Sequence record: NC_047822.1
DNA: 64,000 bases
Strand: one strand, 5' to 3'
Source: Escherichia phage phiLLS
Numbering within the stretch: the first letter of the stretch is position 1; every line of letters begins with the position of its first letter. The notes under the pieces are model-generated. The model saw only the letters and a program-made list of their open reading frames with translations. It was not told the origin of the DNA and ran no database searches. Below, piece after piece: positions 30,140 through 40,444 of this stretch. The position numbers and the translations under genes were made by a program.

Positions 30140-30892
30140 ATGGGAAAAGCACGTCAAAAAAGAGAGAACCGCAATGGTTCAAGAAAGCGTGGCAACAAAT
30201 ATGAGAATAACGTAATTCAGGCTGATTTTTCTAATGATTACGCTAACCCAGTTGCTAAATCCCTAGTAGGTAAAAACCGCGAGCAAAAATCATATATCAA
30301 TATGATCAAGAACAACACAGTGACTGTGGGTATCGGTGAGCCAGGTACTGGTAAAACCTTTATCCCGTCCGTTCTTGCAGCTCAGGAACTAGTAGACATT
30401 CACTCAGATATTGAGCAAGTGATTCTCGTACGTCCTAATGAACCTCTAGGTAAGTCTCTTGGTATGCTTCCTGGTGATCTAGCGGAAAAGCTAGAGCCTT
30501 GGTTGGAGCCAATAGCTGATGGTATGAAATGGGCCATCGGCGATCATGCATATAAGGGATATGTCGAACGTCAGAAAATTAAATTTTTGGCTATCGAACA
30601 TGCTCGTGGCAGAACTTTCAACAACTCCTATGTAATTGTCGATGAAGCTCAGAATATTTCCGTTGAGGCAATGATTTGTCTCCTAACTCGTGTAGGACAA
30701 GACTGCCGTTTAATTATCTGCGGAGATATAGCTCAGAAAGACATTAAAGGTGACTCAGGTCTAGCACTCCTTATGGAAGTCTATGGGAAATACGAAAATG
30801 CCCCATTCTCAATGATCGAATTGATTGATAACGTTCGTTCTGTTGAGTCTAAAGCATTCTATGACATTTTTAAAGACATGGGGAAGGTGTAA
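30140..30892 (+). CDS. phoH: PhoH-like ATPase
   Basis: Walker A GEPGTGKT, Walker B VIVDEAQN; AGGAG SD before ATG at 30140. Confidence 0.85.
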   Translation: MGKARQKRENRNGSRKRGNKYENNVIQADFSNDYANPVAKSLVGKNREQKSYINMIKNNTVTVGIGEPGTGKTFIPSVLAAQELVDIHSDIEQVILVRPNEPLGKSLGMLPGDLAEKLEPWLEPIADGMKWAIGDHAYKGYVERQKIKFLAIEHARGRTFNNSYVIVDEAQNISVEAMICLLTRVGQDCRLIICGDIAQKDIKGDSGLALLMEVYGKYENAPFSMIELIDNVRSVESKAFYDIFKDMGKV

Positions 30893-30893
30893 T

Positions 30894-31115
30894 ATGGGAA
30901 ACGTAGTTCATCTGAGCCGTAAAACTAAAATACATCGTACTTCACTGAGTGCTGCTAATATGATTACACGTAAGGAAGGGGAAGAAAGTCCTAAGACAAC
31001 CCTAGCGTGGAAAATTGTAACCTCAAATCCAAATAAACCATTCAATTATAACGAGCTGAGCACCTCCATAGATATTTTATTAAAAGAAGTAGCTAGAGCT
31101 AAAGTAATTGAATAA
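30894..31115 (+). CDS. hypothetical protein
   Basis: 73 aa; start MGNVVHL with AAGGTG SD. Confidence 0.45.
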   Translation: MGNVVHLSRKTKIHRTSLSAANMITRKEGEESPKTTLAWKIVTSNPNKPFNYNELSTSIDILLKEVARAKVIE

Positions 31116-31257
31116 GCTAAAAAGCTAGACTGGTAATATATAGGGCCTGGGTATGAAAATACTCGGGCCTTTTCTATCAGAAAATTTTATTTGCCTAATG
31201 ACCGATAATAAAATAGAATATTCCTTAAATCCTGATAACTATAAAAAGGAAAGCCAA

Positions 31258-33588
31258 ATGAGCCATCGCATTGAAAAAGTAATTAAACGTGACGGTACTG
31301 TAGAAGACTTTGCTCCTGAAAAACTCAATGGTTGGGCAGAGTATGGTTGCAAAACAGTTGATGTAAGTTGGTCAGCCATTACTATGGCTGCTCAAAAAAC
31401 TCTGCCTAAAGGGGTTGTAGATTCCGATACTCTGATGGATGCATTAATTAAAGCTGCTGAAAGTCTTATCAAAGATAATCCAGCATACGATGTGCCAGCA
31501 AAGGAATTACGTCTTGCGCAAATGCGTAAACGCCTTTATGATTCTTTCGAACCACCCTCTCTACGCTTCTTCCATGACCATATGGTTAGCGTAGGTGCAT
31601 GGGAAGATATGAGTGCATGGATTACCGATGAGCAATTTGAAGCTCTGAATCAGGTTATAGACCACGATCGTGACCGTCTTTTTACTAGTGGTGGGCTGAA
31701 ACAGTTCTTTGATAAGTATTCCCGTCGTAACATAGCCACTGGTGAAATTTACGAAACCCCGCAGTTTGCCTACATGGGTATGGCAATGGCGATGTTATCT
31801 CAACCTAACTGGACAATTCTAGATGCAATCGACCTCTACAACGCAATGTCACTCCACAAAATCAACGTTCCTACGCCGCCACTGGTTGGTCTGCGCTCTA
31901 GTGACCGTGGATTTGCTAGTTGTTGCCTCGTGGATTCCACTGACACGTTGGATTCAATCGACACCGCCGAGCACATCGTCTTCAAAATGGTCGCAGCCAG
32001 AGCGGGAATCGGGTATCATCTTGAAAGCAGATCAATTGCTGATCCGGTGCGAAATGGGGCATTCCCGCATTCCGGAAAACTGCCATATTATCGACACATT
32101 GACCGCTCAGTAAAGGCCAATACTCAGCAAACTCGTGGTGGTTCTGCTACAGTGTCTTATCCATACTTCGACCCTGAAATCATTCAATTGATGCAGGTTA
32201 AGCAACAACGTGCTACAGATGAGAATAAAATCGATAAGATGGATTATTCTCTGAGCTTCAACAATCTTTTACTAAAACGTTATCTTAAAAACGAAGATAT
32301 TACGCTAATGTCATACTTCTATGCTCCAGAAGTTCATGAAGCGTTTTATAGTGATGACGAGGCTAAATTTGAAGAAATCTACGTGGCAGCGGAGAAACGT
32401 GTGGCATCTCTTACAAAGATCGACCACGAAGGAAAAACAGTTCCTGCAGCTCCTAAAGTCTCTGCAAAAGAAATCCTAGATACTTGGCTACGTATCCGAA
32501 TGGAAACAGGACGTATGTATGCTCATCACATCGGGGAATCTAATCGTCACGGTAACTTCCTTGATCCAATCCGTATGACAAACCTTTGTGTTGAAATTAC
32601 TCAGCCTACGCGCCCGTTCCATCATATCACAGAACTGTATAAGACAAAAGAGCAGCTTGATCAAATGAAGCCGGAGGATATTGGTGAAGTATCTCTGTGT
32701 AACTTAGGTGGTGTTGTACTGGGGCGCATGGAATCTCTGGCTGAGTGGGAAAAAACTTGCTACATCCTCCTGAAATTCGTTGATACAATTATTGAAATTC
32801 AGGATTATCCGTTCCCAACTATGGAATATACGGCTAAGAAACGTCGTAATGTTGGTATTGGCCTAATGAACGCAGCAGGTGCAATGGCAGCAGAAGGTCT
32901 GGCTTATGAAGGTATTGAAGCCCGTAACTGGATTCACCGTGAGGCTGAAAAACTGTCCTACTTCCTGCATAAAGCCTCTGTACGCCTAGCTAAAGAACAG
33001 GGTGCATGTGAGTGGTTTGATCGTACTAAACCATCTAAAGGAATTCTGGTAATCGACACGTACAAGAAAACTGTTGATGAACTGGTATCCGTAGGTCTAG
33101 AAATGGATTGGGAGTCTCTGCGTGCAGATATTCTGAAATACGGTATGCGTAACTCTGTTCTGACTGCTCAGATGCCAGGAGAAAGTTCTTCTGTTCTGTT
33201 AGGTGTTACTAATTCTATTGAACCGCCTCGTAAGATTGTATCTATCAAGGGTAGTGCAGTGAATAAAGTAATTGCAATTGCTCCGGGTGCAACCGATTGG
33301 GAAACGTTAATGAGCTATAAACTGGCTTATGATGTAGATCGTATCGAGTGGATCAAATGGGTAGCAACTATGCAGAAATTCTTCAGTCAGTCTATCAGTA
33401 CGAATATGTACTATGACTACACCAAGTTTGAGAATGAAATCATTCCTGGCCCAGTAGTAGTTCGTGATTTCATGACTGCTGTTAAGTATGGGTGGAAGAC
33501 TTTCTACTACGCAAACTTCAACACCGCAAATGGTGGGGGTGCTGGAGAAGAAGCAGCCGGTTGTGCATCCGGTGGTTGTACTATTTAA
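31258..33588 (+). CDS. nrdA: ribonucleoside-diphosphate reductase large subunit (class I RNR alpha)
   Basis: N-terminal ATP-cone (IKRDGTVEDF), catalytic core motifs, C-terminal Cys pair; start MSHRIEK with SD. Confidence 0.9.
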   Translation: MSHRIEKVIKRDGTVEDFAPEKLNGWAEYGCKTVDVSWSAITMAAQKTLPKGVVDSDTLMDALIKAAESLIKDNPAYDVPAKELRLAQMRKRLYDSFEPPSLRFFHDHMVSVGAWEDMSAWITDEQFEALNQVIDHDRDRLFTSGGLKQFFDKYSRRNIATGEIYETPQFAYMGMAMAMLSQPNWTILDAIDLYNAMSLHKINVPTPPLVGLRSSDRGFASCCLVDSTDTLDSIDTAEHIVFKMVAARAGIGYHLESRSIADPVRNGAFPHSGKLPYYRHIDRSVKANTQQTRGGSATVSYPYFDPEIIQLMQVKQQRATDENKIDKMDYSLSFNNLLLKRYLKNEDITLMSYFYAPEVHEAFYSDDEAKFEEIYVAAEKRVASLTKIDHEGKTVPAAPKVSAKEILDTWLRIRMETGRMYAHHIGESNRHGNFLDPIRMTNLCVEITQPTRPFHHITELYKTKEQLDQMKPEDIGEVSLCNLGGVVLGRMESLAEWEKTCYILLKFVDTIIEIQDYPFPTMEYTAKKRRNVGIGLMNAAGAMAAEGLAYEGIEARNWIHREAEKLSYFLHKASVRLAKEQGACEWFDRTKPSKGILVIDTYKKTVDELVSVGLEMDWESLRADILKYGMRNSVLTAQMPGESSSVLLGVTNSIEPPRKIVSIKGSAVNKVIAIAPGATDWETLMSYKLAYDVDRIEWIKWVATMQKFFSQSISTNMYYDYTKFENEIIPGPVVVRDFMTAVKYGWKTFYYANFNTANGGGAGEEAAGCASGGCTI

Positions 33589-33620
33589 TAAAAACAAGGA
33601 GATCTTCGGGTCTCCTTTTT
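33589..33620 (+). terminator. rho-independent terminator
   Basis: ggagatcttcgggtctcc hairpin + TTTTTC. Confidence 0.65.
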
Positions 33621-33634
33621 CTTTGAAATTTTAC

Positions 33635-33663
33635 TTGCTAATCGCTATCAGATTTGCTATAAT
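33635..33663 (+). promoter_or_regulatory. sigma70-type early promoter
   Basis: TTGCTA-17-TATAAT. Confidence 0.55.
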
Positions 33664-33689
33664 ATCTTCATTAATTAGGGAGATATAAT

Positions 33690-34190
33690 TTGATTACGCA
33701 AGAAGAATTAAAACTTTTATTGGATTATGGCCCAATAAAAGGAATCTTTATATGGAAAGAACGAAATCCAGATAAAGGTGGATTTAACAAACAATTCGCA
33801 GGAAAAGTAGCAGGAACATATGATGATCTTGGCTACCTACGAATTAAGATTAACGGTGTGCAATATTTAGCGCATAGATTGGCCTTCCTTTTCGTAAAAG
33901 GATATATGCCAGAATTAGTAGACCATAAAGACCGTAATCCTAGTAATCTAGCTTGGGACAACCTTAGAGAAGCTACCAATTCTCAAAATATAATGAACTC
34001 AGCTGCTAGATCAGATAATAAACTAGGACTAAAGAACATAAGAATCAAGGGAAACTCATATCAGGTACGAATAGGCAAGAATGGCAAATCGTACACCAAG
34101 ACTATGAAATCTCTTGAAGAAGCCATAGAATGGCGGGATACTAAACTAGCTGAACTACACCAAGAATTTGCTAACAATGGAGAAGATTAA
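33690..34190 (+). CDS. HNH homing endonuclease (AP2-like domain), free-standing between nrdA and nrdB
   Basis: 166 aa; VDHKDRNPSNLAWDNLREAT HNH motif; TTG start with GGGAG SD. Confidence 0.8.
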   Translation: MITQEELKLLLDYGPIKGIFIWKERNPDKGGFNKQFAGKVAGTYDDLGYLRIKINGVQYLAHRLAFLFVKGYMPELVDHKDRNPSNLAWDNLREATNSQNIMNSAARSDNKLGLKNIRIKGNSYQVRIGKNGKSYTKTMKSLEEAIEWRDTKLAELHQEFANNGED

Positions 34191-35335
34191 TGACGACTTT
34201 ACTTAACCTAGCGTGGGATCATACTAATCCTGAACTTTTCTTAGGTGACTCCCTGGGTATTGCTGACTATGTACGAGTAGCCCACCCTGAGTTAGAACGT
34301 CTAGCACTGCTACAGCGTTCCCAATTCTGGACTGAGACAGAAATTAGTCTAGAGAGCGACAAAAAACAATGGCCTAATCTCCAACGAGAAATTCAGGAAA
34401 TTACACTCCTGAACTTAGCATGGCAGACTCAAACTGATTCCTTTATCAGTCGTGCCCCTGAAGCAGCTATTATGCCGCTTGTAAGTCGTCCAGAATTGGA
34501 AGGTATGCTCAAACAGTGGAGCTATTTTGAAGACCTGCATAGTCGTGCTTATAGCAATATTATTCGTAATGTTCTGACTGATCCAGCAGAATTTATTGAT
34601 TCTGTAACCAAAAACCAAGAAGCATTCGCACGAATCGCTGATTCTGTTGAACTATTCGATGAACTGTACCAGTTAGGTCAGTATTTCATCGCAGTACGCG
34701 ATCATCGTGGCGACAATACATATCCAGAAACTGAGTTCCCTGAAGTTAAACGTGAAACTCAGGCTAAACTATTAGACGCTTACTTTGCTATCTATGGTCT
34801 GGAAGCAATGCAGTTTTACGCATCCTTTGCATGTACCTTTGCACTAGCAGAGAACGATATTCTGCAAGGTATTGCTAAAAATCTGCAATTAATCGCTAAA
34901 GATGAGGCTCTGCATACTCAGATGTCCAAAGCAATCATCCAGATTATGTTCCAGCAGTTTGACAAAGACCTGGTGGATGAAGCCGTGGCTAAAGCACCAG
35001 CACAGCTCCTGAAAACTCTGAAAACTGAAATTGAATGGGGTCATTTCATTTTCAAAGGTCGTAGTCTGATTGGCTTGAATGCAGAACTTCTAGAAGAATA
35101 TTTGTACTTTGTGGGGCGTAATGCATTTATGCACATCGGTGTAGAATGGCCTAGTCATTTACCAGTAATCACCAAAAATCCTATTCCGTGGATCATGAAC
35201 TGGTTGGATACTACTTCTCTACAGCCTGCTCCACAAGAAATCCAGATTGGTGCAGCCTACCGTGTAGGTCAGGTAACTGAGACCTCTACTGATACTCTGA
35301 AAGATCTGGGCAATGAATTTGGAGATTTCTTATGA
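34190..35335 (+). CDS. nrdB: ribonucleoside-diphosphate reductase small subunit (class I RNR beta)
   Basis: 381 aa; di-iron ligand helices (EDLHSRAYS, EALHTQ). Confidence 0.9.
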   Translation: MTTLLNLAWDHTNPELFLGDSLGIADYVRVAHPELERLALLQRSQFWTETEISLESDKKQWPNLQREIQEITLLNLAWQTQTDSFISRAPEAAIMPLVSRPELEGMLKQWSYFEDLHSRAYSNIIRNVLTDPAEFIDSVTKNQEAFARIADSVELFDELYQLGQYFIAVRDHRGDNTYPETEFPEVKRETQAKLLDAYFAIYGLEAMQFYASFACTFALAENDILQGIAKNLQLIAKDEALHTQMSKAIIQIMFQQFDKDLVDEAVAKAPAQLLKTLKTEIEWGHFIFKGRSLIGLNAELLEEYLYFVGRNAFMHIGVEWPSHLPVITKNPIPWIMNWLDTTSLQPAPQEIQIGAAYRVGQVTETSTDTLKDLGNEFGDFL

Positions 35336-35865
35336 TTACAGCAATGTATGCAGTTGGGCCGAATGGGGAGTTCGGCCTCCGCGGTAAACTTCCATGGGGT
35401 TCCTTCAAAGAAGAACTAGATGCTTTCTATTCTCAACTGGACGTGTTGAATCCAGATAACATCATCATTGGTGCGGGTACTTATTTAGCTCTTCCATACG
35501 CCGTTAGAGAACGTATGATTGGAGCTTCTGACCTATTTATTCGTGCTGATCGTCCACTGCCAGATGATATTACACATGATATTTACACCCCAATTTCTAA
35601 GATTGGGGATGCTTTACCTACTTTTCTGAAAGATCAGCAGACAGTAGTTCTAGGTGGGGCTAACCTTCTTCTAGAAATGTATATTCATGGACATATTGAA
35701 AGTGCTTTTGTATCCACAATCTTTAGTGATCAAAAACTAGAGGCAGATGTACATCTGGATAATACGATTCTAGATTACAACTATGAATCTACTCGTTTAG
35801 TTTACGCAACTGGCGCAAACAGTGATAACAGCCTGCGATTTGTACAGGAATTGGTTACTTATTAA
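35332..35865 (+). CDS. folA: dihydrofolate reductase
   Basis: 177 aa; N-terminal MITAMYAVGPNGEFGLRGKLPW DHFR signature. Confidence 0.85.
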   Translation: MITAMYAVGPNGEFGLRGKLPWGSFKEELDAFYSQLDVLNPDNIIIGAGTYLALPYAVRERMIGASDLFIRADRPLPDDITHDIYTPISKIGDALPTFLKDQQTVVLGGANLLLEMYIHGHIESAFVSTIFSDQKLEADVHLDNTILDYNYESTRLVYATGANSDNSLRFVQELVTY

Positions 35866-36704
35866 TGCAACAATACTTAAAAATTTTGACAGATGTAATT
35901 TTACTAGGTGAACCACGTAACGATCGTACAGGGACAGGCACAGTTTCAATTTTTGATTCCTATGCTAAGTTCGATCTACGTGAAGGGTTCCCGGCTGTAA
36001 CTACTAAACGCCTGGCCTGGAAATCAGTAGTAGGAGAACTCTTATGGTTCTTGTCTGGTTCCACAAATCTCCATGATCTACGTGTATTCACCTTTGGTCG
36101 TGACGAAGGACAGTGGACCATCTGGACTCCAAATTATGAAGACCAAGCTATAAGTATGGGGTATGATAAGGGTAATCTAGGACCAGTATATGGTAAACAA
36201 TGGCGCAACTTTGGTGGACGAGATCAGATCCTAGAACTCATTGAGGGTCTCAAGAATAATCCACATGGTCGTAGACACCTAGTATCTGCATGGAACGTAG
36301 CTGAACTTGATAAAATGGCATTACCACCCTGTCACTACGGCTTCCAGTGCTATGTAAGTAACGATGGATACCTAGATCTTAAATGGACACAACGTTCTGT
36401 AGATTGTTTCCTCGGTTTACCTTTCAATATTGCTAGTTATGCTTTATTAACGCATATATTAGCAAAACTGACAGGATTAAAACCTCGTTATCTTATCTTT
36501 AGTGGCGGTGATACTCATATCTATAATGACCACATGGAACAGGTAGAAGAACAGGTAAAACGTAAACCTCGTGCTTTACCTACTCTAGTAATGCCAGAGT
36601 TTGTAGATCTTTACGATTTATTAGAAAATAATACGGCAGCTTGGTCCTTCCAGCTTGAAGGATATGATCCGCATCCGGCTCTTAAAGCTAAAATGTCCTC
36701 TTAA
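35865..36704 (+). CDS. thyA: thymidylate synthase
   Basis: 279 aa; RRHLVSAWNV...ALPPCHYGFQCYV active-site motif. Confidence 0.9.
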   Translation: MQQYLKILTDVILLGEPRNDRTGTGTVSIFDSYAKFDLREGFPAVTTKRLAWKSVVGELLWFLSGSTNLHDLRVFTFGRDEGQWTIWTPNYEDQAISMGYDKGNLGPVYGKQWRNFGGRDQILELIEGLKNNPHGRRHLVSAWNVAELDKMALPPCHYGFQCYVSNDGYLDLKWTQRSVDCFLGLPFNIASYALLTHILAKLTGLKPRYLIFSGGDTHIYNDHMEQVEEQVKRKPRALPTLVMPEFVDLYDLLENNTAAWSFQLEGYDPHPALKAKMSS

Positions 36705-36706
36705 CT

Positions 36707-36735
36707 TAAATAGCCCTTCGGGGCTATTATATTTG
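36707..36735 (+). terminator. rho-independent terminator
   Basis: tagcccttcggggcta hairpin + T-rich tail. Confidence 0.6.
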
Positions 36736-36743
36736 AAATTGTA

Positions 36744-36773
36744 TTTGCTTATTAAGTACAATTTCAAATATAA
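36744..36773 (+). promoter_or_regulatory. sigma70-type early promoter
   Basis: TTGCTT-18-TATAAT. Confidence 0.55.
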
Positions 36774-36804
36774 TATACTCAATAAGTACAAAAAGGATAA
36801 TAAA

Positions 36805-37188
36805 ATGAGTAAAGAAATTGAATTAGAACAAGCCCTTCTGAGTTACTCCAATTACTTGCAGAGTGATAAAGAAACTATTACTAAGGAACAGGTATTATTA
36901 ATACTAGACTCTATCACTTCTAAATTCAGGACTTTAGAAGACTACTACTCTGTAGGCAATGGAGATGAGAAGGTAGAGTTACGTCTAAATCTTCTAGAAG
37001 ATATGGGTTGGGACGAGGAAGATCAATTAGGATATTTAGGTATATCTACAGAAATTCTAGAAAATACAGAGCATGAAAATATACTTGAAGTAAAGAGCAA
37101 AAGTGCTATTCGATATAATACTTATGGTACAGGTATTACAGGAATAAAAGCATTACTTAGTATAGACATAGGATGGTTAGATGAGTAA
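36805..37188 (+). CDS. hypothetical protein
   Basis: 127 aa from MSKEIELE with AAGGA SD. Confidence 0.5.
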   Translation: MSKEIELEQALLSYSNYLQSDKETITKEQVLLILDSITSKFRTLEDYYSVGNGDEKVELRLNLLEDMGWDEEDQLGYLGISTEILENTEHENILEVKSKSAIRYNTYGTGITGIKALLSIDIGWLDE

Positions 37189-37729
37189 AAAGTTACCTAG
37201 CCAAGAAAGATTAAAAGAAATACTAATCTATGACCCAGATACTGGTATATTTACTAATAAGGTAAGTCGTGGTAGGGGAGGAAAAGCAGGTTCGCTAGCT
37301 GGATACCTAAGAAAAGACGGCTATATAACTATTAAGATAGATAAAATAGATTATTTAGCGCATAGGTTAGCCTTTCTATACATGACAGGATCAATACCTG
37401 ATTTAATAGACCACAAAAATAGAATTAGGTCAGATAATAGGTGGATAAATCTAAGAGAAGCTACAAGCCAGTCTAATAACAGAAATTGTACCGCATCGAG
37501 TAAATCTGGATATCTAGGTGTACACTGGAACAAACAACTACAGAAATGGCAAGTACAGGTGATTGATAATAATGGTAAAAATATTTACGGGGGTGTTTTT
37601 GACTACTTAGACCTAGAAAGTGCGGTCATAAAGGCTAATGAACTAAGAAAAACACTTCATGGTAACGAAGCAGTTATAGAAGATTTCTATACCAACTATT
37701 ACCCACCAATAGAGGAACTTAATAAGTGA
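37181..37729 (+). CDS. HNH homing endonuclease (AP2-like domain)
   Basis: 182 aa; IDHKNRIRSDNRWINLREAT HNH motif. Confidence 0.8.
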   Translation: MSKKLPSQERLKEILIYDPDTGIFTNKVSRGRGGKAGSLAGYLRKDGYITIKIDKIDYLAHRLAFLYMTGSIPDLIDHKNRIRSDNRWINLREATSQSNNRNCTASSKSGYLGVHWNKQLQKWQVQVIDNNGKNIYGGVFDYLDLESAVIKANELRKTLHGNEAVIEDFYTNYYPPIEELNK

Positions 37730-38202
37730 GCGTTTTCCACATTTACACAGATGGTGCTTGTAAGTCTAACCCAGGTCCAGGTGCTTGGGGTTTTATTGTC
37801 TATGATGATAACGACGATCGTTTAGGTTCTAAATCTGGATATAGTCCTAAAACTACAAATAATGAGATGGAACTCACGGCTATTGTAGAGGCTCTACGTT
37901 GGTCAGTTAAAAAAGATAATAGACCAATTGTTATCTATACTGACTCTGCTTATTGCAAAAATGGCATGGAAAGTTGGATGTTTTCTTGGCAAAGGAAAGG
38001 CTGGAAGAAAGCAGATGGTGAAGTTCCTCTTAATCTAGAACTTTGGCAGGAAGCATTTAAATTAACACAGCAGTATATCAACTTTCATAATACTAACCCT
38101 ACCTTTATTAAGGTTAAAGGACATTCTGGTATTAGTGGTAATGAAGCTGTAGACGCCTTATGTAACACAGTTATTACTGAAGCTGAAATGGCTGAGATGT
38201 AA
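37726..38202 (+). CDS. rnhA: ribonuclease H
   Basis: 158 aa; IYTDGACKSNPGPGAWG and YTDSAY, GHSG motifs. Confidence 0.85.
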   Translation: MSVFHIYTDGACKSNPGPGAWGFIVYDDNDDRLGSKSGYSPKTTNNEMELTAIVEALRWSVKKDNRPIVIYTDSAYCKNGMESWMFSWQRKGWKKADGEVPLNLELWQEAFKLTQQYINFHNTNPTFIKVKGHSGISGNEAVDALCNTVITEAEMAEM

Positions 38203-38222
38203 TAAATAAATTAAAAATTCTC

Positions 38223-38251
38223 TTGCTTAAATCTCTCTAATTTAGTATAAT
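38223..38251 (+). promoter_or_regulatory. sigma70-type early promoter
   Basis: TTGCTT-17-TATAAT. Confidence 0.55.
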
Positions 38252-38278
38252 ATTTGTATTGAAAGTGAGGAGGGCTTT

Positions 38279-38557
38279 ATGCGGATTTATAACTCAAATT
38301 CATTAGGATTTAAACCATTGAGAAAACGTGCACAATCACCTCGTCAAATAAGAAAGGCTAATATTGGTGAGCCAGAAACACGTCTTCCACCTCCTCCAGA
38401 ACAACGTTTAGTTTATCTGGATGAAGAGTTAGCTGAACGCGAAAGAAAAGCTCAAGAAGAGATTGAGCGTAAGAAAATGTGTACTGCTCCAGCGTATAAT
38501 AAAGGAGCGTATCAATATGTTTCCGATGCAGAACAAGCCAAGATGGTTGGTAGATAA
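38279..38557 (+). CDS. hypothetical protein
   Basis: 92 aa ORF with GAGGAGGG SD. Confidence 0.5.
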   Translation: MRIYNSNSLGFKPLRKRAQSPRQIRKANIGEPETRLPPPPEQRLVYLDEELAERERKAQEEIERKKMCTAPAYNKGAYQYVSDAEQAKMVGR

Positions 38558-38573
38558 TTTTTAAAAAATTCAT

Positions 38574-38602
38574 TTGCTAAACGCTTCAAATTCTCGTATA
38601 AT
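38574..38602 (+). promoter_or_regulatory. sigma70-type early promoter (canonical copy of repeated module)
   Basis: AAAAATTCATTTGCTA -35, 17 bp, TATAAT, then CATAAATTGA. Confidence 0.65.
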
Positions 38603-38640
38603 ATACTTCATAAATTGATAAACAAAAAGGAAAATAAATA

Positions 38641-39156
38641 ATGGCTAAGCAGAAAAACGCAAAAACTCAAGCAGCTACTACAGTTAAAACTTTCCCTCAG
38701 ACTGAGGCTAACCGCAAAGCTCGTCTGGAACGCCACCTGCGCAAGCACCCTACTGATGCTCAAGCTGCACAGGCACTGAATCGTCCGGCTCCGATTCGTC
38801 AAAAGCCGAAGGCTAAGAACGCAACTCGTTCTGTAGCCCGCCTTGTGACCTATGTACAGGGTTACGGTCACAAATCTGTTCCAGTAGCACTGAGTTTCAA
38901 TGCTGGAGCAGAATTGTTCCCTCGTAATGGCATGGCCATGAAAGATTACGAGAAAGCAGTTAACCAGAAACGCAAACCAACGGCAGATGTATTGCGTGAT
39001 ACTCGTGGACAGTTTGGTTCTGTTAAGCCAAATATCTTTGGCGTAGAGTATAGTAAAGATAATGTTCGTGCTCTGTGTTACGGTGTAGGCATTAAGTTCA
39101 CGGGTGATTCTGCTCGTAAATCTGCTAAACCAGCTCGTAAACGTAAAGCGAAGTAA
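38641..39156 (+). CDS. hypothetical basic protein (possible nucleic-acid binding)
   Basis: 171 aa, Lys/Arg-rich termini. Confidence 0.5.
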   Translation: MAKQKNAKTQAATTVKTFPQTEANRKARLERHLRKHPTDAQAAQALNRPAPIRQKPKAKNATRSVARLVTYVQGYGHKSVPVALSFNAGAELFPRNGMAMKDYEKAVNQKRKPTADVLRDTRGQFGSVKPNIFGVEYSKDNVRALCYGVGIKFTGDSARKSAKPARKRKAK

Positions 39157-39219
39157 TAGATAAATAGGGGCTTCTGCCCCTAGAATCTACTAATTCTCTA
39201 ACTAATCAAGGATATTTTT

Positions 39220-39435
39220 ATGTTCTCTAAGAAACCACGTTCTGTTACTGAAATCGTTGCTTCCTTTACCATCATCACTGATGAGCTTCAAGCTCGTATT
39301 GAGGCTGATCAAAAAATTGCTGCGGATATTCAGAAACAGCAGGAAGAACTCGCTTTAAAGTTGGCTGAAACCAACAAGAGTGAAAAATCTGCCCAAACTA
39401 TTATGGAAAATATCCTTAAACTGCTGGGCAAGTGA
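39220..39435 (+). CDS. hypothetical protein
   Basis: 71 aa ORF. Confidence 0.45.
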   Translation: MFSKKPRSVTEIVASFTIITDELQARIEADQKIAADIQKQQEELALKLAETNKSEKSAQTIMENILKLLGK

Positions 39436-39566
39436 TTTAAATCAGGGGGCGAAAGCCACTCTTATTTGGAGAAACTATGCGTAATTTTGTAGCAAAGAAT
39501 GATTTTAACCGTGCTAGCACCCATAAGTCAGCTAGGGATTATACATGACTTTCTAGTCATGAGGTA

Positions 39567-39713
39567 ATGGATGCCTGTTATGAAGAGCTGGAAGGTAGCT
39601 GGAATGAATGGCCCGACTTCTCTATGGAAGAGAACTGGGATGTCAGTGAGGATATGCTTCCTGGTTTTAAAGACCCCAAGAAGTGGGAGTCTATTAAAGA
39701 GACAGCTCTTTAA
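39567..39713 (+). CDS. hypothetical small acidic Trp-rich protein
   Basis: 48 aa ORF (MDACYEELEGSWNEW...), GAGG SD; below track size cutoff. Confidence 0.3.
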   Translation: MDACYEELEGSWNEWPDFSMEENWDVSEDMLPGFKDPKKWESIKETAL

Positions 39714-39741
39714 TAGTTTTCTACACAATAAAGGATAAGTT

Positions 39742-40443
39742 ATGAAAGTAAAACCATTTGGTATGCTAGATATTGAATCTCTAGGAACTCCAGGAGATTG
39801 TGGTACTACTCATATCGCAATGCCTTCTTTCGCTTTTGTGGCTATGCATGGGATTGACAAAGACCCTGACTTAGTATTTGTTACTTTGGATGTGCAGGAT
39901 CAGCTTAATTCTGGTGCCAAAGTTACAGCATCTACTCTAGCATTCTGGATGGATCAAGCTAAAAATAGCCCCTCTGCTATTCACATAATGGAAGCTATGA
40001 AGGAACGTAATCCAAAACTGATTGCCTTCCAAAATGGTAAACATCACTGTACTAATAAGCTCGGCTCTAACTATGCTGCCTTCTCTATGGCTCAAAATAT
40101 TATGGAGTTGGCTCTAGGCGAAAATGCTTTGTATTATGGCAATGGCCCAGAGTTTGATATGACTATCTACTCTGCAAACACGTTCCATGCTGGAACCAAT
40201 GAAGAGGTAGTTCCGTGGAAATTCTGGAATTTGGGTAATGTTCGATCTCTTCGTAATCTCTGGATGCAAGCTGGATACAGTTATAAGGCTCTAGAGACCG
40301 AAGCTATTAGCTGGGCAATAGCTAAAATGGAGAAGATGGACACCATTCGTTATGGGATCTATCCGGTTAAGCACGACCCAGCATTCGATGCACTAGTTGA
40401 GGGCTATTGTGTTGCAGCTATGATCGAAAAAATGAAAATTTGA
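39742..40443 (+). CDS. putative DEDDh-type 3'-5' exonuclease
   Basis: 233 aa; MLDIESLG (Exo I DxE-like) and YPVKHDPAFDA (Exo III H-x4-D-like). Confidence 0.5.
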   Translation: MKVKPFGMLDIESLGTPGDCGTTHIAMPSFAFVAMHGIDKDPDLVFVTLDVQDQLNSGAKVTASTLAFWMDQAKNSPSAIHIMEAMKERNPKLIAFQNGKHHCTNKLGSNYAAFSMAQNIMELALGENALYYGNGPEFDMTIYSANTFHAGTNEEVVPWKFWNLGNVRSLRNLWMQAGYSYKALETEAISWAIAKMEKMDTIRYGIYPVKHDPAFDALVEGYCVAAMIEKMKI

Positions 40444-40444
40444 T

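Noticed and set aside
30825-31257. Upstream extensions of ORFs 30825-31115 and 31153-33588 as given in the ORF track
   Set aside because: Extensions lack SD sequences and overlap upstream genes; internal ATGs at 30894 and 31258 have good SDs and match conserved N-termini.
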